Source: a bacterium
GTDB lineage: Bacteria; Zhuqueibacterota; Zhuqueibacteria; Residuimicrobiales; Krinioviventaceae
DNA: 64,000 nt
Assembly: GCA_963675755.2 (NCBI GenBank)
Contig: CAXXMD010000003.1
Span: 3,040,001 to 3,104,000 of the forward strand
Direction of reading: 5' to 3'
The translations under genes were made by a program, and so were the position numbers. Position 1 is the first letter of the stretch; each line of letters begins with the position of its first letter. Shown here in pieces: positions 1 through 9,024 of this stretch. The notes under the pieces were generated by a model that saw nothing but the letters and a program-made list of their open reading frames with translations, had not been told where the DNA came from and did no database searches.

Positions 1-1
1 A

Positions 2-3000
2 CTCGCTATATACAACGGCGGTGGAACAGTCACTAACCCTGATGAGGTCACAATTGATTGGGCTACTACCGGTGATGGAGTACAATGGGGTGGCGCAGCA
101 TTTGTGAACACCAACGCATCAGTTGGGGCTGCAAACGGTTACCTGGTCCAATATCGGCTCAGCTCACCTAATAAGATCCGTTTGTGGAAAATTACTGCCG
201 GCGCGTTGGATGTAGGCGCAGGAATTATTGATGAAGTAACCGCATCCGGTTCAGCTCCTACCGCAGACGCACCCATGAAAGTGAATCTTGACCCTGCAAC
301 CTATACATTACAGGTTTATGTTGACGATGTGATTGCCGGATCTGTTCAAGATGCAGGCGCGTCTTATGACCTGACCAATCGTTATGGTGCGGTTGTCCTT
401 GCAAGTGGTTCCAGTCTGAATAATGATGTGGAAAACTTTACGGTTGGCATTGAAACTCCGGACAGTATCGCACCCAATGCAGTGTCTGATTTGAGTGCAA
501 CAGCTACCGGATCTTCTACAGTATTGCTGGAATGGACGGCGACTGGAGATGACGGAGCAACCGGTCAGGCTTCACAATATGATATTCGTTATTCAACAAG
601 TCCTATTGCCACAAATACTGACTTTGAAAATGCTCAACAAGTAACGGGAGAACCTACACCTCAGATAACCGGTTCTGACGAGTCTTTTGTTGTGAATGGA
701 TTGAATGCCAGCACCACTTATTATTTCTGTTTAAAAGTTGGTGATGATAATGGCAATTATTCTGCCATTTCGAATTCAACCTATGCGGCAACAGAAGAGA
801 GTGGCGGAACAGGCAGCGAAGGTGGTTTGATTACCGTCACTGATGATTTTGAACGTGCTGAGTTAGGTACCAGTTGGGCTGCTACAGCAAAACACCAAAT
901 CAAGAATGGTACGCTGGATGTTATTGATGGTACATCAACTGATTGGAACAACCTTGCCGTTTATAAAGGCAATCGTTCTGTAAGTCCTGCTGGTGTTTCA
1001 ATTTGGTTGGATGCTACAGAATGTAGTGCCAGTGGTGCTCTTGCTGTAGGTACTGCTATTTTGCTGGATTCTCCTTCAAGTACTGCCAGTGGTTATTTTA
1101 TTTTACGCCGCACAAGCAGTCTTGAATTGTGGGACTTGAGCAATGGCGTTGTTGGAGCAGGCGGACGTTTGGCGCGTGATTCCAGTCCCGATCAACCGGA
1201 TCCTACTCCCGGAGACAGAATTAAAGTCATGGTAACCGGTGATGATGATACTGGTACAATTACTATAGATGTATATGTTAATGATTATATGGACGGACAG
1301 TTTATATTAAACGGTACCGAACCCTCTACCTGGTACGCAGGTGTTTTTCAACATGGTTCTTATGCAAATAATATAGATGCTTTTACTGTATATTCTGATG
1401 GCAGCAGCGCTGAAATGATTAGTGAATATTATGGAAATGGTCAGTCTGGTCCTATTCAGGCAACATTGAGTGATTCCATTGCCGTTCAGGTTACCGATGG
1501 TTTGGGTAATCCTGCAGCGGGTACTGTTGTTAATTTTGATATTGTAAATGGTGATGCAACACTGAGTATTGATAGTTATGATTACGGCGGTTTGATCTGG
1601 AAAGAAGTAGAAGATGGTGCTATTCTTTCTCCTGCTGTTACACAGGCAGACGCAAACGCGTCAAATGGTACTTTTGTATTAACTCCTAATGATATACAAT
1701 ACTCCCGTCAGGGTGGTTCGGTTATGAGCCTGTATATTCCTGAAGCGGGTAATTTTAATGTATGGTTACGTGTAATTGCTCCTTCGTCCACCTCAAATAG
1801 TTTGTTTTTGCGGGTTAATGATGGTGATACAACAGAAGTAAAATGGGGTAATACCTGGACATCCTGGCGTTGGGAGATGCTTAAAAATATCACCCTGGCA
1901 AAAGGATTTAACCAGATCAGTATTTTGACCCGTGAAGAAGGTACACAGTTTGACAAGATTGTGCTTGCTGAAACCACCAAACAGCCCGGTTACACACCTA
2001 CGGGAACGGGCGGTTCAGGACCAACTTTGCCAAATGTTACAGATGCGAATGGTATTGCTTATACATTTGTAACCTTTTTAACCAATGCTGATGATGATGT
2101 AGTTATTGAAGCTTCAGCTTTTAAAGATGATGGTTCAACTTCTTTAACCGGCTCACCGGTAACATTTACACTTGATCCTATATCAGGTTCTGCGGTTTCT
2201 ATTATCAAAGATCCTGCACAGCCGGATACACTTTTGGGTGAACCCATTCAGCAAATGACAACACCATTGCGTGCCTATGTACGTGATTCATTTGGTAATG
2301 GCGTTAGCGGTGTTTCAGTAAGTTGGGCAATAACAGAAGGTACTGGTACTTTATCTGCATCTCAGAATACAACAGGTAGTACAGGTGCGTCTGAAACCTA
2401 TTTAACCCTGTCAGCACAAAATACTCCATATACTATTCAGGCAACGGCTTCCGGTCTTTCCGGATCTCCGGTAAGTTTTTATGTAAAACCGGGTGATCCT
2501 CCAACGGAAATTCAACAGACCAATCCTACTGCACAAGTGTCTGGTGATGCTGGTGTAGAATTGACAGAGATTTTAACAGTTCGTGTTATTACAGAAGATG
2601 GTACACCATTCCCGGGTTTTCCGGTAAATTATGTTGTGACCGAAGGTGATGGAACACTGAGCTCTGAACTTGGCTCTGAAAACGCAACTGAATTACAGAT
2701 CCTTTCTGATGAGAATGGATATGCCCGTGCACGTTGGGTGTTGGGAGATGAACCCGGCCTCAACCGTGTTGAAGCCCAGGCCGAAGGATTGACCAACAGT
2801 CCGATTCTGTTTGAAGCCCTGGGTGAAATTGGTGATCCTGCGTTATTGACAATTATAGATGGTAATAATCAATCCGGCCCTTTGGGACTCCCATTGCAAG
2901 ATCCGTTTATTGTTAAATTAACAGATCAGGTTGGTAATGGTATCCCAAATCAGAATATAGAGTATCGTATACTTCAAGGTTCTGGTGCAACGTTGGGATC

Positions 3001-6000
3001 TTCAGGATTAACAGTTCGAAACGTAAAAACTGATGCAGAAGGTGTTGCCCGGGATACGTTGGTTATTGGTAACCAGGTAGGTCAAACGCACCAGGTACAG
3101 GTATCTGTTGCAGGTAACTCTTCAGTATCCGCTCAAATATTCTATGCAACTGCTACAGCTGCAATTGCAAGTGAAATTGTCTATGTTTCCGGTAATGGTG
3201 TCAAAGTCGGAACCGCATATAATTATCAAAGTTCTACCGTAAATACAACTTTGGCTCAGGACTTTATCGTACAGGTGAATGGTCCTTTTGGTAATGATCC
3301 TATTGCCGGCCATGCGGTTACATTTAGAGTTGTAAGCGGTGGTGGTAATTTTTATGGTAACAACAGTACAACAGTCAGTACGGGTACTGATGGAAGAGCA
3401 TCTGCCAGACTGACATTGGGTTCTGTAGCAGGAGACAGTGTACATATTGTTGAAGCTACGGCAAACCGTGTAGATAACACTACCTTGTTGTTAAACAATG
3501 CTCCCATAGTCTTTAAAGCTGATGGTACAGCATCTGATCCTAACAAGATTACCAAAATGGATTCTACCGACAATCAAACCGGTATTGTTGGTGATCCGCT
3601 TACCAAACAGGTACAGGCACTTGTGAGTGATATTTATGGCAACCCCATAAGTGGACATCAGGTAACATTTCAGATTATAAATAGTGGCGGAGCATTACAG
3701 GGTTCTACTGGTGAACCGGCGCAAGCAAAACAAGTAACAACCAATGCAAACGGTATTGCTTCTATTATTTGGGTTATGCCCACTACACCCGGTCAGGTCC
3801 AGATGCAGGCTCTTGCAACAACTGCAACAAGTAATCCTTTGACCGGCAGCCCGATAACGTACACAGCTTATGCCGGTGTTGATGCCGCTTATGAAATGGT
3901 CAGAGTAACCGGACAAGATCTGTCAGGTATTGTGGGACAATCACTTGCAGAAAATGCAAGCGTGAAAATAGTTGATCAATACTCGAATGCAGTTGCCAGT
4001 TACCCCGTAACCTTTACCGTTACTGACGGTAATGGTCTTGTCAATGGCAGCAATCAGGTTACTGTTCAAACCGGTACTGATGGAATCGCTTCAGTAGAGT
4101 GGACTTTGGGTACCGAGAGTGGTTTTGAAAATAATGCAATGGAAGCCACTTCAAGTGTATCTATGAACAATAAAGAAACCTTTACCGCATCCGGATTGGC
4201 TGATGTTGCTTTCCGTATGATTGCGGATTCAACCTATGATACCTTTGGTATAGTAGGCGAGTTGCTGGATACACCCATCAAGGTATTGATTGTAGACCAG
4301 TACGATAACCCTGTTGCGGACTATCCCGTAACATTTGAAATTGATGATATTGATGATAATGTTGGTTTTATTGAAACTGAAGGTAACTTGTCAAAAGTAG
4401 ATTCTACTGATGATGATGGTTATGCTCAAATTCGTTGGGGATTAGGACCAAATCCTGGTTCTCAAAATAACAAACTGACCGTTACTGCTAAACGGAACAA
4501 TATCCATTTGATCAATTCTCCTTATAATGGATTTGTAGTTTCCGCACAGGCGGGTAACGCTTATCAAGTAATAAAAGTAACTGATGATGTAACCAAAGAG
4601 CTTAGCTCTGTTCATGGCAGCACTTTGCCCGAATATTTAAAGGTCAAAGTTGTTGATAAATTTGGAACTCCTATCGCAAGGCATCCGGTAACATTTCAGG
4701 TATTGAGCCGACAGGTTGCTGATGGCGGTACACTTGACGGCAGTGTAGATACTGTTAAAGTTAAAGAGACTGATTCTAATGGTATTGCATCTGTACAGTT
4801 TACTTTGGGACTGAATGCCGGAAGCAAGATAAACCAGGTTCAGTATGTTGCAGAATTGAATGGTGAGAATCTTGAAGGTTCACCCGGTACATTCGAGATT
4901 ACCGGTCTGTCTTCTACCGCTACCCAAATTGTCAAGGTAGCCGGTGATGAACAGCCAGACGGTGTTGTAGGACAGTTCTGGGATATACCGCTTCAGGTTG
5001 CTGCAAAAGATAAAAACGGAAACTATGTTGCCGGACAGCCGGTAAGTTTCAAGATTTTACCAAAAGAAGATTTGATTGAAGAATCACTGGGTGCTTTGGG
5101 CGCTGGAACTGCAACAGATACTACGATTTTAACCAACGCTGAAGGTATTGCCAATATTAACTGGCGTGCTGGACATCTGGTTGGTGAATATCAGGTTCAG
5201 GTTACTTCTTTTGCTCTTGCAGAACTTGCCGGTTCACCCATGACTTTTACAGCGACAGCTTTTGCAGAAACCACAGACGCAGAAAAGTCTATGATTTCCG
5301 TCAATCCGGACAGTCTGAATGTTTCTGATGGTTCAATCAGATCTACAATCGTTGTAACATTAAATGATAAATATGGTAATCCGGTTCAGAACAAGGGAGT
5401 TACTTTACAGGCTTCCGGAACTGGTAATATCATTACACAACCGGCTACAGCATCCAATTCAAATGGTCAGGTAACCGGTTATATTGCATCTGAAAATTCT
5501 GGCTTGAAAAATATTTCAGCCCGCGATATTAATAATGAAGTTGATATGGTGGACAAGGCCCAGGTTTATTTCCGTGCCTCCGAAGCGGACCGGATTGTTA
5601 AACATCCTACTGCAAATGGAGACGGTCAGAAACGTAACGTGGGTACTGTGCTTGAAAATCCACTTCAGGTTATAGTAGAAGATTCGTATGGCAACCCCAT
5701 TCCTGATTTCCCGGTTGTGTTTACAGTAACAGAAGCACAAACTGGCGGTCAGATTGTTGAAAATGTGAATGTGACAACTGACGAAAATGGTGTTGCATCC
5801 CGTTATTACAGACTGGGTACGGTTAAAGGTATTAATACAATCCAGGTATCTGCGCAAGGTATATCCGGCTCTTCAGTGATTTTCAGTGTTGAAAGTGATA
5901 ATCCTGTTGATTTGCAGAAACCCGTTATTGTAAGTGGTGACAGTGCACAAGTATCACCTGCCCAACCATTACCCGAAGATCTGGTTGTAAAAGTTGTAGA

Positions 6001-8026
6001 TGAACGTGGTTGGCCTGTTTGGAATGAAAGTGTATTGTTTGAAGCATTAAGTACAAACGATGGACAAATAACCAGCAGCAATCCACATAATACCGATTGG
6101 TACGGATATGCTCGCGCCCAGGCACAGGTTGGTACCAAAGTAGGTATTAATCTCTTTAGTGCGAAACTTGAAGACTATCCTGGTAAAGGTTCCGTGACAT
6201 TCTATGCATGGACCGTTTCTGCATCTACTGCCAAGTATCTTACTTTTGTAAGTGGACCTACCAGTGGTATTGTAGGCCAATCTCTAAGTAGCCCTGTTAT
6301 TATGAAAACTACGGATGAATATGATAACCCGGTACAGGATGTAACTGTAACATTCCTGGTTGTGGATGATGCCAGTGTTGATGGTGCCGGTACCTTGCAG
6401 GGTGGATTAAAATCCGTTACAAAGAAAACAGACAGTAATGGTGAAGTAAGTGTATTTTATACATTGGATACAGTAAGCGGTTTGAACAAGATCCGTGTAT
6501 CTTCATTAAATCTTGAACCCAGCAGTTATGTGGTATCCATAACAGGTAATGCGGATTCACCATACCGTATGGAGAAATTCTCTGGCGATAATCAACGTGG
6601 TGAAATGGGTAAACACTTGTTTAATCCAATCTATGTTATGGTACGTGACAGATACGGTAACCCGGCATCTGGTGGTGTTGTAACCTTTACCGTAACACAG
6701 GGTGATGGCAGCATCGATGGCGATCAAGCCGTACAATCCAATTCAAATGGTCTTGCGAGAGCGTACTGGATATTGGGTCCACGTCCATATGCTGCAAATA
6801 ATAGTGTTCAGGTTACCAGCTCTTATTTGCAGGGAGGTCCTTTGACCTTTAATGCAACAGGAGATGATCAAAATTATCCTGAATTCTCATCCTTACCAAG
6901 TAATGTTGAAGTCTTTGAACTTGCAGATATCAGACTCGAAGTTACAGCTACTGATGAAGATGGTGAAAATGTATTCTATAATTCTCAGAATCTGCCCTCA
7001 GGTGCGAGTTTTGAGATGGAAAGTGACAACAAGTACTATTTCAAATGGACGCCGGGACTTGATGTTGTAAACAGTCCGGATGTCAGCCAGACATTCTACC
7101 CGATCTTTATCGCTCAGGATGATCACGATCCCTCCGGTCGTGTAAAGGATTCGGTCAAAGTTGTAATCAAAAATTACAACCGTCCGCCCGAGATTACCAA
7201 GCATACACCTGAAGCTTCTGTGTTAAATATTGATCCTGAACTTGTTCAAAGCATCGATTTTAGTATAGAAACCAATGACCTGGATAACGATCCATTGACT
7301 GTTACCTGGTATGTTGGAGATACTCAGGTTGAAGAAGGACATTCATTTACGTTTGAAGCTGAAAATTATTCTGGAAATACATTTACTGTCAAGGTTAGTG
7401 TAAGTGATCAGTTTGCAACTACCGAGAAACTATGGCAGGTTAATGTAACTCTTGTTGAATTGAGTAGCTTCAGCGCTGTTTCAGAACCTTACAAAGGAAT
7501 AACCGTAGAATGGGAGACTGCTACAGAAATTTCAACCGCTGGATTCAATGTATTACGGAGTCTTTCAGAAACCGGTACATTTGAAAAAATCAACGAGGAA
7601 ATGATTCTGCCCAACAAGGAAAAGATATATAGTATTCAGGATAAAGAAGTCCAATCCGGGCAGACCTATTATTACAAGCTTGAAGATGTAAGCCTCAGTG
7701 GACTTGCTACCCATCATGGTCCTATCTCTGTAGAGGCCCCGGTTCCGAAAAAGTTCTCGTTGTCACAGAACTATCCGAATCCGTTTAACCCGGTTACGAC
7801 GATCCAGTTCGAGCTGCCAAAACATTCGGATGTTACCATAGAAGTCTTTAATATTATGGGACAAATGGTGAACCAACTGATCAATACACGTTATGAAGCC
7901 GGATACCACACCGTTCAATGGGATGGTACAAACTCGAGTGGTATGCGGGTAGGTTCAGGTGTTTACTATTACCGAATTGTTGCCGGTGATTTTAAGAATG
8001 TTAAAAAGATGGTATTGTTGAAATAG
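2..8026 (+). CDS. Giant secreted/surface protein (5'-truncated): two related beta-rich modules, FN3, CBM-like insert, many Big_1-like Ig repeats, C-terminal FlgD-Ig/T9SS-like sorting domain
   Basis: Frame is open from base 2 (LAIYNGGG...), so the true start lies upstream of the window. Contains an FN3-like LEWTATGDDG...YDIRYS segment, recurring GQxGxVGxxLxxPLxVxVxDxxGNP...TDxxG units, and the C-terminus LSQNYPNPFNPVTTIQF...KKMVLLK. Confidence 0.85.
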   Translation, partial: LAIYNGGGTVTNPDEVTIDWATTGDGVQWGGAAFVNTNASVGAANGYLVQYRLSSPNKIRLWKITAGALDVGAGIIDEVTASGSAPTADAPMKVNLDPATYTLQVYVDDVIAGSVQDAGASYDLTNRYGAVVLASGSSLNNDVENFTVGIETPDSIAPNAVSDLSATATGSSTVLLEWTATGDDGATGQASQYDIRYSTSPIATNTDFENAQQVTGEPTPQITGSDESFVVNGLNASTTYYFCLKVGDDNGNYSAISNSTYAATEESGGTGSEGGLITVTDDFERAELGTSWAATAKHQIKNGTLDVIDGTSTDWNNLAVYKGNRSVSPAGVSIWLDATECSASGALAVGTAILLDSPSSTASGYFILRRTSSLELWDLSNGVVGAGGRLARDSSPDQPDPTPGDRIKVMVTGDDDTGTITIDVYVNDYMDGQFILNGTEPSTWYAGVFQHGSYANNIDAFTVYSDGSSAEMISEYYGNGQSGPIQATLSDSIAVQVTDGLGNPAAGTVVNFDIVNGDATLSIDSYDYGGLIWKEVEDGAILSPAVTQADANASNGTFVLTPNDIQYSRQGGSVMSLYIPEAGNFNVWLRVIAPSSTSNSLFLRVNDGDTTEVKWGNTWTSWRWEMLKNITLAKGFNQISILTREEGTQFDKIVLAETTKQPGYTPTGTGGSGPTLPNVTDANGIAYTFVTFLTNADDDVVIEASAFKDDGSTSLTGSPVTFTLDPISGSAVSIIKDPAQPDTLLGEPIQQMTTPLRAYVRDSFGNGVSGVSVSWAITEGTGTLSASQNTTGSTGASETYLTLSAQNTPYTIQATASGLSGSPVSFYVKPGDPPTEIQQTNPTAQVSGDAGVELTEILTVRVITEDGTPFPGFPVNYVVTEGDGTLSSELGSENATELQILSDENGYARARWVLGDEPGLNRVEAQAEGLTNSPILFEALGEIGDPALLTIIDGNNQSGPLGLPLQDPFIVKLTDQVGNGIPNQNIEYRILQGSGATLGSSGLTVRNVKTDAEGVARDTLVIGNQVGQTHQVQVSVAGNSSVSAQIFYATATAAIASEIVYVSGNGVKVGTAYNYQSSTVNTTLAQDFIVQVNGPFGNDPIAGHAVTFRVVSGGGNFYGNNSTTVSTGTDGRASARLTLGSVAGDSVHIVEATANRVDNTTLLLNNAPIVFKADGTASDPNKITKMDSTDNQTGIVGDPLTKQVQALVSDIYGNPISGHQVTFQIINSGGALQGSTGEPAQAKQVTTNANGIASIIWVMPTTPGQVQMQALATTATSNPLTGSPITYTAYAGVDAAYEMVRVTGQDLSGIVGQSLAENASVKIVDQYSNAVASYPVTFTVTDGNGLVNGSNQVTVQTGTDGIASVEWTLGTESGFENNAMEATSSVSMNNKETFTASGLADVAFRMIADSTYDTFGIVGELLDTPIKVLIVDQYDNPVADYPVTFEIDDIDDNVGFIETEGNLSKVDSTDDDGYAQIRWGLGPNPGSQNNKLTVTAKRNNIHLINSPYNGFVVSAQAGNAYQVIKVTDDVTKELSSVHGSTLPEYLKVKVVDKFGTPIARHPVTFQVLSRQVADGGTLDGSVDTVKVKETDSNGIASVQFTLGLNAGSKINQVQYVAELNGENLEGSPGTFEITGLSSTATQIVKVAGDEQPDGVVGQFWDIPLQVAAKDKNGNYVAGQPVSFKILPKEDLIEESLGALGAGTATDTTILTNAEGIANINWRAGHLVGEYQVQVTSFALAELAGSPMTFTATAFAETTDAEKSMISVNPDSLNVSDGSIRSTIVVTLNDKYGNPVQNKGVTLQASGTGNIITQPATASNSNGQVTGYIASENSGLKNISARDINNEVDMVDKAQVYFRASEADRIVKHPTANGDGQKRNVGTVLENPLQVIVEDSYGNPIPDFPVVFTVTEAQTGGQIVENVNVTTDENGVASRYYRLGTVKGINTIQVSAQGISGSSVIFSVESDNPVDLQKPVIVSGDSAQVSPAQPLPEDLVVKVVDERGWPVWNESVLFEALSTNDGQITSSNPHNTDWYGYARAQAQVGTKVGINLFSAKLEDYPGKGSVTFYAWTVSASTAKYLTFVSGPTSGIVGQSLSSPVIMKTTDEYDNPVQDVTVTFLVVDDASVDGAGTLQGGLKSVTKKTDSNGEVSVFYTLDTVSGLNKIRVSSLNLEPSSYVVSITGNADSPYRMEKFSGDNQRGEMGKHLFNPIYVMVRDRYGNPASGGVVTFTVTQGDGSIDGDQAVQSNSNGLARAYWILGPRPYAANNSVQVTSSYLQGGPLTFNATGDDQNYPEFSSLPSNVEVFELADIRLEVTATDEDGENVFYNSQNLPSGASFEMESDNKYYFKWTPGLDVVNSPDVSQTFYPIFIAQDDHDPSGRVKDSVKVVIKNYNRPPEITKHTPEASVLNIDPELVQSIDFSIETNDLDNDPLTVTWYVGDTQVEEGHSFTFEAENYSGNTFTVKVSVSDQFATTEKLWQVNVTLVELSSFSAVSEPYKGITVEWETATEISTAGFNVLRSLSETGTFEKINEEMILPNKEKIYSIQDKEVQSGQTYYYKLEDVSLSGLATHHGPISVEAPVPKKFSLSQNYPNPFNPVTTIQFELPKHSDVTIEVFNIMGQMVNQLINTRYEAGYHTVQWDGTNSSGMRVGSGVYYYRIVAGDFKNVKKMVLLK

Positions 8027-8046
8027 AAATATACTCCAGATCAAAC

Positions 8047-8085
8047 AAAAAAAGCCGGCACCTTAAAGATGCCGGCTTTTTTTTT
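8047..8085. terminator. Bidirectional intrinsic terminator
   Basis: AAAAAAAGCCGGCA-loop-TGCCGGCTTTTTTTTT between convergent genes. Confidence 0.9.
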
Positions 8086-8098
8086 ACAGCTTTATATT

Positions 8099-8944
8099 TT
8101 ATGCTTTATTTTCTTCCTGATCAGTACTTGAATCGTTTTCTTTATCTTCTTTTGGTTTTGTGGATTTTGCAGCAGTAGATTTTTTACGAGTTGTCTTGGC
8201 CGGGGTTTTCTTTTCCATTGACTCGTTCTCATCTTTGGTTTCAGTTGTTTTTGCTGCCGCTTTTTTACGGGGAGCCCGTTTGGGTTTTGTTTCTTTTTCC
8301 GCTTCTGTTTTGGTTTCAGTCTCAGGCTTAATCTCAGGCTCTTGAGCTTTTTCATCAGCGGCTGGCTCTTTTACTGTTTTTTTGCGTGGACCGGGTTTAG
8401 CCTCAACTGCGGTTGCCGTATCTGTTTCTTTGGCCGCAACAGTAGTTTCTTTATCTTTTTTCTCCGTACTGTCAGCTGTTTTGGTTTCAGGCTTTTTTAT
8501 TGCTTCTTTTTTCGGCTTATCCGGTACAGGTGCTTCTTTTTTGGCAGACTTTTTAGGTCTTAGAATTGTAAATAGACCGAATATGAGTATTACAATCCCT
8601 ACAAACAGAACAAGATAAGCAGACGCTCTGAACTTGCGTAATTCGGTTTTTTGAGCAATCAGATCATTTTCCATTAATTTGAGCTCGGATTGTACAGAGT
8701 CCAGTTTGGCTTCACGAACAACCAAGTCCAGTTCTTTTTGTTGTAGAGAGTCCAGTAAAGCCTGGGCTTTTAACTGTAACGCTTCAAGTTCGTTTTGTTT
8801 CAGTCTGATTTGGTCTTGTATGGCACTTTTTTCAAGTTCCGATTTGAGAATATCTACATTGGCCTTTTCTTCTTCATCAATTTTTGAGCATGCAAAAGGC
8901 AGCATGAAAATTAAAATGATCGGAATCAGGTATTTGTACTTCAT
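8099..8944 (-). CDS. Putative lipoprotein with coiled coil, internal TM helix and K/E/A/T-rich disordered tail
   Basis: Signal peptide with lipobox-like PFA-C, heptad-like Q/E/K/L region, hydrophobic AYLVLFVGIVILIFGLFTIL segment, low-complexity C-terminus. AGGAGG RBS. Confidence 0.75.
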   Translation of the reverse strand: MKYKYLIPIILIFMLPFACSKIDEEEKANVDILKSELEKSAIQDQIRLKQNELEALQLKAQALLDSLQQKELDLVVREAKLDSVQSELKLMENDLIAQKTELRKFRASAYLVLFVGIVILIFGLFTILRPKKSAKKEAPVPDKPKKEAIKKPETKTADSTEKKDKETTVAAKETDTATAVEAKPGPRKKTVKEPAADEKAQEPEIKPETETKTEAEKETKPKRAPRKKAAAKTTETKDENESMEKKTPAKTTRKKSTAAKSTKPKEDKENDSSTDQEENKA

Positions 8945-9024
8945 TGGCCCCTCCTTTCAAGTTTATAAATTTAACTATTACAAGATACAAATAATTCCGT
9001 TAATACGTAACCGTTATTTTACGA

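Noticed and set aside
8092-8355. Lys-rich 87-aa alternative-frame ORF
   Set aside because: It is a by-product of the low-complexity A-rich tail of the 281-aa gene and has no independent RBS.
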